This document shows positions 11,948 to 23,078 of a stretch of DNA of 64,000 nt, piece by piece. This stretch comes from Mytilus trossulus. Taxonomy: Eukaryota. The first letter of the stretch is position 1. Every line of letters starts with the position of its first letter. Where the stretch lies: contig NC_086376.1 in NCBI RefSeq assembly GCF_036588685.1, forward strand, positions 91,863,630 through 91,927,629, written 5' to 3'. The notes under the pieces are model-generated. The model worked only from the letters and a program-made list of their open reading frames with translations, had not been told where the DNA came from and did no database searches. The position numbers and the translations under genes are program-made.

Positions 11948-12266
11948 ACTAAATTATAATCCTGGTAACTTTGATTACTATTTACACGACTGGGTCGATG
12001 CCATTGCTGGTGGACGTTTCGTCCCCGAGGGTATCACCAGCCCAGTAGTCAATACCTCGGTGTTGACATGAATATCAATAATGTGGTCATTTTTGTAAAT
12101 TTCCTGTTTACTAAAATTTGAATTTTCGAAAAAAAATAAGGATTTTCTCATCCCAGGCATAGATTACCTTAATTAATAGCCGTATTCGGCACAACTTTTG
12201 GGAATTTTGGATCCTTAATGCTCTTCAACTTTGCAGTTGTTTGGCTTTATAACTATTTTGATATGA

Positions 12267-12310
12267 GCGTCACTGATGAGTCTTATGTAATCGGAACGCG
12301 CGTCTGGCGT
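12267..12310 (+). ncRNA. Type I hammerhead ribozyme motif, degenerate (GAAA to GGAA; stem II damaged)
   Basis: GCGTCA CTGATGA GTC-ttatgta-ATC GGAAC GCGC GTC^ TGGCGT. Stem I GCGUCA pairs with UGGCGU. Confidence 0.72.
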
Positions 12311-13349
12311 ATCAAACTATAATCCTAGTACATTTAATAACTATCTTATCGGAAATAAAAGCATATTATTCTAAAACCAGTTGTTTGCATGATAAAGGTT
12401 AAGTTCTCATATATTATATGATGATATGATACCAAACCCCAAACGGGAGGGAATAAGTTGATTTAATTGGGGTCTGGAGCTGATATGCCAGTAACTGCCA
12501 GTAGTCCTTTGTTGATTTATGTGTTATTGTCATTTTGCTATGTTTCTGTGTTGCCTATTCTGACATTGGACCCGGACTTCATTTATCTGAGTTTTGCTGG
12601 GATTATTGCAGTTTTTTTGTTTATTCTACATTGGTTAGAGGTAAAGGAAAGGGTTGAGAACTCACAAAACATGTTGAAACCCGACGCATTGTTGTGGATG
12701 TTCCAGGTAGGGAGCATCTGGCCTTGTTAGTCTTGTATATTATAAGTTCAATTATATGTTTGAGTTCAGTGTGCCGTCCACTTTCACTGAACTATTGCAC
12801 ACTTTTCTCAAGACCAGCTTGATGCTGCCTCCTGGTAAGGCTTTTTTCACTGTGTTTAAGACCCAGTGGTGGAAATCGGGGTTTTCCGCCTTTTGGTCGG
12901 GTTGTTAACTCTTGACACATTCCCCATTTCCATTCTCAATTTTATCGTCAATAACACTGGTCTTATTAAACTCAATGAGAAAAATATCCCCGCAGATATC
13001 ACACAATAAAATTGTTTTTGTGCGTAAAGCAAAATATATAGACTGCTCAACAACGAAATAAAGTATTGACAACTCATGTGGAAACTCAACATATACGTCC
13101 ACGGCACTTACCAAAGAGTAAATTTTGAGCAATAATTTATGAAATGGAATGTCAACCAAAGATGAAAACTTGATCTTCCATCACTTTGCTTGATACCTAA
13201 ATCACATTGGTGTCCTTACGCACCACATTAGATTGCTCGAGCTATCGAGTGTCCCACGAAATAACATCAGTTTTATCAGGAGTTAAATCCGGGTTTCAAA
13301 GTTACCATGAGGGCATGCATCTACCTGATGTAGGGTTAGTGTAAATAGC

Positions 13350-13525
13350 AATAAAACCCGGTTTAAACCACCATTTCCTACGTTGAAAAAATGTCTGTTT
13401 TAAATCAGGAATACGAAAGTTGGTATTCACTCATTTGCCGATGATGTGTTCGAGCTTTTGAATGTGGACTTTGTACTTTCTGATAAGAATTTTCCTTGGT
13501 TGTCGATATTTTTGTTATTTTACAT
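13350..13525 (+). mobile_element. SINE fragment, probably Nin/Deu-domain type
   Basis: Conserved block AAAACCAGGTTTAATCCACCATTTTCTAC...AATGCCTGTACCAAGTCAGGAATATGACAG recurs at about 24680-24840, 26850-27280, 35030-35215 and 54670-54875. The family name is from recall, not a search. Confidence 0.55.
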
Positions 13526-13844
13526 TTTATGAACAAATTTTATTTTCTACCCCTAACCTAGTATTCTACCTTAAATTTTCGACGGTAAAGATGATTTCCT
13601 ATCAATAATTAAAGCAAAGTTTGTTGACCAAGTTAAAAAACAGCCGCATCTTTCTTGGCCGAGTTGAAATAAGGCTGCATTTGTTGACTTACATCTAGGG
13701 ACGGTTAGGAACATGAAAGGTATTTTTCAGCTCTAATAAGAATATTTCCATTTACTAAGAATATAGCAAAATTACAACAGCGTACGAGGAAGATATGGAA
13801 CCAATGTTTCGCAAAATTATAAAGTTGAAGTTATCGACTCGAAG

Positions 13845-14036
13845 GCATGTGGAGCAGGATCTGCGTACCCCTCCGGAGCACCTGAGTTTTTGGTGGGGTT
13901 CGTGTTGTTTATTCTTTAGTTTTCTATGTTTTGTCATGTGTACTATTGTTTGTCTGTCTTTTTCATTTTTAGCCATGGCGTTGTCAGTTTGTTTCAGATT
14001 TATAACTGTCCCTTTGGTATGTTTCGTCCCTCTTTG
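13845..14036 (+). repeat. Dispersed repeat (GTGGAGCAGGATCTG...CCGGAGCACCTGAG...TTTCGTCCCTCTTT)
   Basis: Similar blocks at about 21700-21900 and 36078-36226. At 21.7 kb it follows a Penelope-like RT relic. Confidence 0.6.
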
Positions 14037-14669
14037 ATAAACGTCTTTGCTACTTGGTTTTTTATTCGAGACTCACTGATGAGTCTGTTGTAGAGGGACG
14101 TGTGTCTGTCGCGAACTCAAAATTTCAATCCTGGTATTTATGAAGAGTTTATTCAATTGACTGTTATTGAATTTTTGAACCTGAGCTAACCACGTATATG
14201 GAACAATTATCGTAAACACAATTCTTTAGAGCGATTGATTTTGCCATTTTATTATAATTTGTTTTTGAAAATATTGCCCGGATTTCGGTGTTTTTTGTTA
14301 TTTTACTTTTGCTGAACCTTCACACAAATCTTATTATGTTTAAAAGTTTTATTTGAATCTTTGTAATTTTAAAGAATGTAGCAGGGTTAAACATGTTTGG
14401 AATGCTCTATAACAACCTGGTATAACGACACAACACATGGAGCCGGAATTGCAAGAAGCACAAAAAAAAACCCAACTAACTAATAGAAAAAATAACACAA
14501 AACACAGATATAAAAAAATGTACATATTTAAATGAATCATTGTTATAAATCACAAATAAACATTAAAAAGAGCAAATAATGATACAATATAAAGGACTGT
14601 TTTATCATTTTAAAATATTATGTCAAAAACTACAACTTACAACAGCCCAGTACTTCTGTCTGGACATGC

Positions 14670-14952
14670 ATAATCATTGAAATGGTCATATTTATAACTT
14701 AGCCGTTTACAAAACCTTGATTTTTTTTTAATACTAAGGCTTTTACACCTCAGGAATAGAGGGATATATTACCACAGCTGTATGTGACAATACATGTAGG
14801 AATTTGTGGTCTTCAATGCTCTTCAACTTCGTATTTGAATTGGTCTTTTTAACTATTTTTATTGAAGTGTCACCAATGAGTCTTTTGAAGATGAAACGCG
14901 CGTCTAGCGAAAATTAAAAAAATCAATTCTGGTATCTATGATGAGTTAATTT
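14670..14952 (+). mobile_element. Retrozyme-like repeat, second subfamily, degenerate hammerhead at about 14867-14909; another fragment at about 14050-14153
   Basis: GTGTCA CCAATGA GTC-ttttgaa-GAT GAAAC GCGC GTC TAGCG. Upstream aatgctcttcaacttcgta is shared with other copies. Confidence 0.65.
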
Positions 14953-15806
14953 GCCTTTGGTATTAATAAATAGATAAATAAACTCTTTCATCAAACTTTA
15001 AAAAAATCACCATTGAAACGAAGTATATACCAATACACATTACATGTCTTAAATCACAAACACGAGGTTTCAAGGTACATTTGTTTACCTGTTAAAATGT
15101 TGCCATTAAAACTCACATTGTAATATAGGATTTTCTTTTTAAGCTTTAATATTTGAAGGTGTTAATAAAGGCAATTGTAGTATAGCTCGGTTCAATAGTC
15201 ATAAATCGATTAAGCGAAAACAACTTTTGGGTTACACACTTAAATCGAGGGAATCCCTTAAACATGAAAAACCCGACAATGACGTATTGGAAAATTCGGA
15301 AGAAGTAACTCTGTGATATGTTTACTTCCGTAGTTTTTATGTTCTCAATGTAATGCTCTACTATACAAATTAAAATTCCCATAAAACTACTTAATGGTTC
15401 GTAGGTATCCGACAAAAGAATCCAATTAATACCTGTAATTACCTTTAAATGCTTGGACTATTTTTTAAATTATTAGTTGAATAAAACATTTATATGTATT
15501 CATTTGCCTTGTACCGACGTTGTAATGAGAGCACGTGCTATCACAATTTGTCATTTAGCTGACATGGGAAATGAGATATAAATTCGGTATGCCTTGCAAA
15601 TTTGCGAAAACCAAAAAAATAAATGAAAAGATATCTACAAAGAAAACATACCTACATTAATCCATCATGTGTATCAGAATTTTGTTCAAGATGTCATGCT
15701 TTTTAAAAAGACTCTTAACCTGTTATCTGGACGATGTTATTGTATATAGGACATATTTAGGAAATAAACGTTTATATCTGTTAAAAAACATTATTTTTAC
15801 ACTACA

Positions 15807-18299
15807 TCAAAAGAACCAAAGTCGAAGCTTTTGCCAAGCAAATTGGACTTCGTCCATCTCAACAGGCCATTGAATTAAAAGAACATCTTTCCAAATAGTC
15901 GAAAACTCAATTGGAATGGTGTCCAAAGGGATATCTCTTGTAATAACAACAATCTTCTGCAGATTTTTGGAAAACTTTTCATACTTAGCTCGCTCGATTT
16001 CAAAGCGAGTCCATTCATTTTTAACAATTGACGGTGTTACTAGAAATATAATGTGTCTGCATCTGTTAATAGACGTAGCTCTTTCACTAGCAATCGATTC
16101 GCCTACAATGAAATCTCTGTCTTCAAAGCACACTTTGAATCCCCATTCGTGCTCCACTTTCTCTTGCAATTCTTTTACAAAAGAAACGCAGTCATCTGAA
16201 TATGAAATGTAAACGTCATAATCAAAATTCAGCTCAAGACCTTTCTCAGCAAATCTCCGAAAATTTCGAAAGAGAAAGAACATTATCCTCCATCTGAAAT
16301 TGTATAATAGAGCAATGCAAAGCACACTCGATAAAACAGAAACCAATAATGAAATACCTATTTTGATCCAAACGGTATTATCGCAGTCAACGAAATAATG
16401 ATGTAAGTCTTCAGCGACATTTGTTGTATAGTTGATACTTTTTCTTGAAGAAACCCAACAAGAGTAATTACCATTGTTATCTAACTCTACTTTAGTTGTC
16501 AAAATCCAACGGAGAAATTTCGTTGTGTCACACGAACAAATTAATGGATTATTACTAAGATATAATTTAAAAGATCCATGTTTATTATGCATGTTATCAA
16601 TCCACACTCGTATATGCTTTCCAATTGTTGTTAATTGATTGTACGACAAATCAAGTTCATCTAGGCTTACAAATGTTGTAACAACCTCTGGAATAGTCTC
16701 AAGCAAATTATGAGATAGATTGAGGTGTTTTAGATTATGAAGTTGCCCGAGCGAATTGGCCTTGATTTTCCAGATATAATTATTCGATATATCCAAATTT
16801 ATTATGTTCGGACAAAACCTTAATATTGTTGTATTAGTTTGTAAAACATTGATCAAGTTTGTTTCTCTCAAGATAAGTGTTTTTAGATGGATTAAAAAGG
16901 GTATTTTTGCATCTCCAATTGTTTTTACTGAACTTATACCCGACAAATCCAAATGATCCAAACTATTAAATCCTTCCATAGTTATACGTGGAAAGAAATC
17001 GGTTTCAAAGTAAGATATTTCAAGGTGACGAAGGAAGCTATTTTTTGCCTTTAATTCTAGAAAAGAACCTTCAGTCATCATATGAGTTATTCTAAAAAAT
17101 TGAATTTGACTCGGAATTAACACTGTCATTGAATTATGCTGTCTTGCCCATTTACCTTGAACTTTTTCAACTCTTGTAACGTTATCCTTTGTTATTACGT
17201 TAAGGAAAGTCGGATTCTTGAATCCTAACGGGAAATATGAAAAATCTATTATTTTAATGTTGGTCATCTTGAAGGTAAACAAGACGAAATCAACTTCCCA
17301 GCTATCCACACTAAAACTATTAGCAGATATAATAACTGTTTCAAAGCACTCTGGACGTTGAAACAAAACTAACGATTTGTTTTTAACTAATATAATGTTA
17401 TTTGCGGATAAGTCCATTGTTTTAATACAGATTGTATATGTATATTTCATCATCTCTGGTGTAAGAATAACTGGATCAATTCTATGTTTTGAATCTGGAC
17501 GAGTTATTCCGCGAAAAAGAAGTGCGTCCATTGATTTATTCTGAAATGGACGAAGAATGTTTAGGGCCTGTGCTAAGTGAATATTGCTGTTAGTGAGATT
17601 TAGCACACTAAGATGTGGAAACGGAATTAAAACGCCACCTTCAATGACAACAAACTCTCTACAAGTTGTCATGTGGAATTCTCGTATATTTACCGGCAAT
17701 TCTGAAAATGTTTCATTGTAGAGATGGTTTACGTTGCAATAATCAAGTTTCAATACTTGTAAATTGTGCAGTTTCTTGAACTGCTGTCCAAACGTTGCAT
17801 TAAACACAAGATCGATGCTCAGCTCACGCAAGTTACTGAGTCCGCTGACGGGAATTTTATATGGATTGTAGTCTCGAGATTTCATATTTCTACTGATGTC
17901 TAAAACAGATAAATTATTTAGCGGCTCAAACACTCCTTGAGGATACGATTCAGACACATTTAGATAATTTCTAGACAAAGACAAATGTCTCAATAATGAT
18001 AAGCTACTGAAAGCCGTAGTATGTAACCATCTGATATCATTGTTATCAATTAGTAGGTATTCTAGATACTTATATCTACGAAACCCGCTGGCATCCAGAC
18101 GTGTCAGTCTATTATAACTTAAATCTAATTTCTTTATATCAGGTGGTAAATTCGTCGGAATCGATGTAAATCCTTGATGTTTACACGAAGCCTCTTTATA
18201 GCCCAACATATTTAGTGTGATATTGCATTTTGCAAACACAGTTCTATATGGAAACAGACATGTAATACACACAACTATGAACTTCCACATATTATCCAT
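15807..18299 (-). CDS. Toll-like receptor (single cysteine cluster type), paralogue A, 830 aa, intronless
   Basis: Signal peptide, LRRNT (C..C..QGFTSIP), multiple LxxLDLSxN repeats, LRRCT (NPLICSC), TM helix (IGISLLVSVLSSVLCIALLY), and TIR (YDVYISYS, DRDF..G, EWTRFE, WQKL). Confidence 0.95.
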   Translation of the reverse strand: MDNMWKFIVVCITCLFPYRTVFAKCNITLNMLGYKEASCKHQGFTSIPTNLPPDIKKLDLSYNRLTRLDASGFRRYKYLEYLLIDNNDIRWLHTTAFSSLSLLRHLSLSRNYLNVSESYPQGVFEPLNNLSVLDISRNMKSRDYNPYKIPVSGLSNLRELSIDLVFNATFGQQFKKLHNLQVLKLDYCNVNHLYNETFSELPVNIREFHMTTCREFVVIEGGVLIPFPHLSVLNLTNSNIHLAQALNILRPFQNKSMDALLFRGITRPDSKHRIDPVILTPEMMKYTYTICIKTMDLSANNIILVKNKSLVLFQRPECFETVIISANSFSVDSWEVDFVLFTFKMTNIKIIDFSYFPLGFKNPTFLNVITKDNVTRVEKVQGKWARQHNSMTVLIPSQIQFFRITHMMTEGSFLELKAKNSFLRHLEISYFETDFFPRITMEGFNSLDHLDLSGISSVKTIGDAKIPFLIHLKTLILRETNLINVLQTNTTILRFCPNIINLDISNNYIWKIKANSLGQLHNLKHLNLSHNLLETIPEVVTTFVSLDELDLSYNQLTTIGKHIRVWIDNMHNKHGSFKLYLSNNPLICSCDTTKFLRWILTTKVELDNNGNYSCWVSSRKSINYTTNVAEDLHHYFVDCDNTVWIKIGISLLVSVLSSVLCIALLYNFRWRIMFFLFRNFRRFAEKGLELNFDYDVYISYSDDCVSFVKELQEKVEHEWGFKVCFEDRDFIVGESIASERATSINRCRHIIFLVTPSIVKNEWTRFEIERAKYEKFSKNLQKIVVITRDIPLDTIPIEFSTIWKDVLLIQWPVEMDEVQFAWQKLRLWFF

Positions 18300-20143
18300 T
18301 CACTAGTTAATGCGAAATATATTCAATGCTTAAATACCTTATGTTAAATATTTAATTATTGCACAGACCAATGCTGTCATGGTCGAAAAAAGGTGCAATG
18401 ATTTAAAGGTTAAAGCCACTCAAGTGTTTAAAATTGTGATTATTTACATATTATGATCACAATAACCTGTTTAAAAGTAACTGAATACTGATACCACTTT
18501 CAACACGAATGACAAAACATTAAATATATACACACCGGGGTATCTTTTGTTTTCACAGGTAGTAATGCCGTCATACCGAGAAGAGATAATATAGTGACGT
18601 TGTTATGAAATAGAGTAGTATGATAGTGTTTTTTTGTAAAAGTCATATCAGACTTCAAATTGAAAAAAAGAAAAGATTTGAATATGTTTTATATAATTGA
18701 ATAGCTGTTTTACAACAAAACAAATGTACGTGAATTTTCTTGTTAAAAAATCTTTAATTATCAAAATCGTCATAAATATACTGCTATCATGTGTTCATCG
18801 CCGATATATTCTCGTATGCAGTGACCTGAACTATGAAACATTCTACATAACTAATGAACACATTTTGTTTTGCATTGACCTATGTAGGTTCGCACTTTGT
18901 AAATACAGCTGTTTAACAAACCACACCTCTTTTGGGAGATATATTATATTCATAGATATTTGGTTTTGTTTATGTACTGGGTTCCAGATATGATCTATTT
19001 ATGTCATCCAATAGAGACATAACTTGGGATCGTAACCAATATAGATACACATGGTAGCGGCGCAAAATGAATTTTGATGAAGACCTAAAGTGAAGGAGAC
19101 GTGGTTAATAATTTAAGTTTCAGTTTTAAATCTTAGACGTTTCGGGCATTTTAATGTTAAAAATACGCAACACAGTCCTGTATGTTTTGATCTATGAATG
19201 AAATCGTAGTGCATATCAACTTTCCATTCTGGGATAAATATGCTTTTTTTTTTACGAAACATCAAAGTAAATGTGGAAAAGTTTTAGCCGTAAAGGGATT
19301 TCTAATAGAAAATTGCATTGTCTAATTAACAAATGTGAAAATTGGGCGTCTTCACGAATGTTATCTCGAAATTGCAAAATAAAATCGGCATACATTAGTT
19401 GGTGATAGCGAAATAAGTAATGGTCAGTTCACCTGGAAACTCAACATGGACGCCCACGACACTAACCAAAGAGGAAGTTTGATACGTCCAATTTCCTTTT
19501 AATATTTACACTAAAAATGACTAACTCTATCTTCCATCATTTTATCTGGTAGCCGAATCCAGGATAGACCATTCACACACCGTTATATTGCTTTGTTTGT
19601 CAAATCGTTCAATTCAATGTGTGGTATATAGTCAGGTTTCAGAGTTGGTATGAACCAATTAAACTACATTAGTAAGGGGGGGAGGGGTGTCAAAGGGCAA
19701 CTAAAATGTGGATACTTAAAAATCGAAAGATCTGTTGGGGTATATTGATAACCTCAGTCTATTTACCATTGGAAAAACATAAGAAGAAAATATTGCCTTC
19801 ACTACAAGTACGTTAGTATACCCAATTTAAACTTAAAATCTGTGCAAAACTTTGTTTCATAAAACAAAATGGTCAAAGTAGTTACACACATATAGTTTAA
19901 GGAAAGGATAAAACATCATTTGTAAAAACGAAGACACTCTGATTCAAATAACTGATTTTGTGAAACTATAGCATTATCGAGATGCTTTGTGTTTTACACA
20001 ACATATTTGGGACGTTTTGATGAAGTGTTTGTTTTGATATATTTTTAGCTTTTTAGCTTTATCCTGTAAATAAAGATAATGTCCTATTATTATGAAATAC
20101 AAAGTCATGTGACTTAAGTTGTGAGTGACTATGATGACATTAT

Positions 20144-21280
20144 ATGAATAGAATATGTCCTTTATGCCAAAAAGAGTTGGAAGATGAATTCCATTTTTTC
20201 ATAACATGTTCAGAAATTAATAAAACTAGGATCAAAATGTTCGATGAAATTTCTAATATTGTCCCTTGTTTTAATTCCATGAGTGAAGAAAACAAATTTG
20301 ATTTTATATTTTCCTGCGAAGAATGTGATATTTTACTTATCATTGTTAACTACATAAGTGAAATGTATAATGAGAGAAACAATTATAATGTCAATATATG
20401 AACTGTGTAATGTATATTATAACATATTTTTTGATACATAAGCGTAATATTTTAATTGATAACTTTAAGGTTCATCATAACCTTTTTGCTAAAATGGCCG
20501 TATTTACACTCCAAATTTTACTCTGAGTACAGACTAACCTATACACCTGCAACAGTTTTAAGGGATGGCAGGAACTAGATATCTAAATTTTAAATGCATT
20601 TTATGTTTCAGAAAATTATAAACTTTTCTAGATTTTGCTATCCATTTTTTTTCGTTCCTGCAGAAGGTGCAAAAATTAACTAAGTAGTGAAAACGATTGA
20701 GAAGCTCCCCTCATATAATCAATGTTGTGAGTAGTATTGATTTAAATGGACAATAGATGGACAATAGACACCTGTAAACAATAGGTGTTTTAACAGGTTT
20801 AAACTGTGTAGCTGAGTGGACCGTATCAAATGAAACTCGGGTGTTTGTTTATTTTGATATCTTTTGCAGACTGGAGAAAAATGCACATCAAAATGCAGGT
20901 AAGTTTTTAATTTTCTGAAACGTAGACTTCATATAACTTTTATATATCTAGTTCCTGCCATGCCTTAAAACTTTCCTGGATGTACCAGTTTGTCTGTACT
21001 CATAGTAATTTTTGAGGTGTAAACACGGCCATATTTTTCAATTCCTTATGATGAACCTTAAAGAGGAGGCATGCTGTCAAAAAAAGTTTTATAATTAATA
21101 CTTTTAATCTATGTTTTTGTTTTTCTTTCAATGCTACATGTTTGTAGTGTTTAATGACTATCGTTTTGTAATTTTAATATGCCTGTCTGTTTGTTTGTTT
21201 TTGTTGTGTATTTTAGTAACAATCCTATTGTTTGGATTTCAAACTAATAAATATCTTATTCTTATTCTTATTCTTATAAT
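20144..21280 (+). mobile_element. 5'-truncated non-LTR retrotransposon (LINE) 3' end, interrupted by a MITE
   Basis: RICPLCQKELEDEFHFFITC is the C-terminal CCHC motif of LINE ORF2. The 3' end has AATAAA followed by a (CTTATT)n tail at about 21247-21278. Confidence 0.65.
20469..21057. mobile_element. MITE with TTAA TSD and GG...CC termini (Kolobok-like)
   Basis: TTAA|GGTTCATCATAA ... TTATGATGAACC|TTAA with long imperfect inverted arms (GGCAGGAACTAGATAT / ATATCTAGTTCCTGCC). Confidence 0.8.
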
Positions 21281-21344
21281 CTTGCGCCGAACATGAAATA
21301 CTAGATACCAAAGTTACATCTGCCTCATATCATGACTAACTACT

Positions 21345-21640
21345 ATGGTTGGTTGCGTAAGGATGATTTCAGCTTTCAATTTATTCAATTTATTTGTCTA
21401 TGTAACTTCATTACATTAGGGCCTGTATATGGAGTATTCATCTCCTAGTTGATACAATATTTCAAAACTTGTGTTTCTTATCATGATGTTTACCACTCAC
21501 AACAAAGCTATTGTACCAATGATTCAAATTTGAAAAGTTAAAGACGGACGCTATCACAGGTTAGTTGACTGTTAATGAATATCTATGTCACAGATGATCA
21601 GTAATATGTTCCTATTGTTGTAACCACTATCCGTATTTTA
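21345..21640 (+). pseudogene. Degenerate reverse-transcriptase C-terminal fragment, probably Penelope-like element
   Basis: DDFSF...PVYGVFIS*LIQYFKTCVSYHD resembles the PAYGVYISQLIRY..AC motif. A second relic lies at about 43270-43510. Confidence 0.55.
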
Positions 21641-23002
21641 TCTTGATAGTGACATCAAGAGAATTATCGTCAGCATGAGCAACACCATGAGTTCAACAGA
21701 CGTACCATCCATTGCATACCCTTTCGGTGCACATGGCATCACACTGGATTTTTTGTCGTGTTGGTGTTGATCAAATATAGTTTTTTCAGTATATTTTTTA
21801 GGTAATGAATGTGGAATCGTTTGACTCTTAATCGTTTTTCGTATTTTCGGTGGTTCTTTCAGCTTTTCTGAAACTGACGAGTTTTGAATATACACTTGCT
21901 AATTATTTATTTTTTATTTGAGTTGAAAACTCAAAAGCATTAAAGCATCATTTTCTTATTCTAATGTATTTTCAAAAGCCTTTTTGAGTTGTATCAGCCT
22001 TAATTAAAAAAGAACAACGTCAGGTACACATATTTTATTCATTAGGGCCATTTATTATTAGTATAACAATTTAGAATACAATTCTACCAAATTTGAAATC
22101 CCGCGCATCAAATTCAAATTATTACTTGTGTCGTTTGGTTTGGTAAAAAAAATATGCAAGTAACTTCCTCATTCATATTTTTAAACACAGATCATGGACT
22201 TTCCAAGATATAATACTACAAACAATAGCTTGACAAAATTCCCGTTTGAGCTTTTGAATGTATATCAAACATGGAAAAACCCGTCCAATGACGTAGTGGT
22301 AGGTTTAATAGAAATCAGGGTTCAGTATTTAAAGTGTACTTAACATTTTTTGAATCCTCATTATATATATGATAAAGTTCAAACATAAACTCATACAAAA
22401 TGATATGGTTTTTAATACTGTACACCAGACATGCGTTTTTAAACCATTATTTTCTTTTATTCTTCTTTAGTTTTATGATTCCGACATATCCTTTCCTATA
22501 GGTAAATTATCACTTCTAATACAATATCTTTCAAAGTCGTGTGATTTAAAGATCTCCGTAACCTGTTGGCAGCTATTGTTCGATTTATAACTACATGTAC
22601 CCTTCATGACAGACTCTAATCGTTAGATATATAAATATCTTTATTTACCGACCATTCAATTTGATACTACTTATATTCAATTGGTTTCCGTTTTTTCGTA
22701 CATATTCTAAGTATTTTTTTTCAGTGCTTTACAACAAGCGGTTGGTCATCCATATTATTTAACACAGCATAATCAGAGGAATAGTGAACAACGCTCTAGT
22801 TACATTTTTAACTAACATCTAATTTTAATAACAGTGCTCTAGCAATTAAATCAAATGGAACCAATGAGGATTACAAAAGTAGGTAATAAATCATTTCTTT
22901 TTTAACTTTTAAACATTCGGTTAAATGTATTTGTACGATCAATTACGATCCAACCATATTATTAGTTACATAGTGTGCTAGTGACCTAATACGGTATATA
23001 CG

Positions 23003-23078
23003 GTCACTGATGAGTCTTATGTAGACGACACGCGCGTCTGGCGTACTAAATTATAATCCTGGTACCTTTGATAACTAT
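23003..23078 (+). ncRNA. Type I hammerhead ribozyme-containing fragment (GAAA to GACA) inside an inverted-repeat element
   Basis: GTCA CTGATGA GTC-ttatgta-GAC GACAC GCGC GTC^ TGGCGT. One substitution from a perfect core. Confidence 0.75.

Larger units (their letters stand above)
11811..12344 (+). mobile_element. Retrozyme-like tandem repeat (~1.5 units, 363-nt period) with two type I hammerhead ribozyme motifs
   Basis: CTGATGA cores at 11910 and 12273, GTC cleavage triplets at 11939-11941 and 12302-12304. Flanking sequence repeats at the same 363-nt spacing. Confidence 0.8.

Noticed and set aside
6938-15415. Numerous 60-115-aa ORFs in the track
   Set aside because: Apart from those overlapping NDUFA13 exons, they lie in repeats or AT-rich DNA, often start at non-ATG codons and show no domain motifs.
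15916-16212. Conserved antisense ORF opposite the TIR (also 30215-30508)
   Set aside because: It is a shadow of the conserved TIR codons and has no independent coding features.
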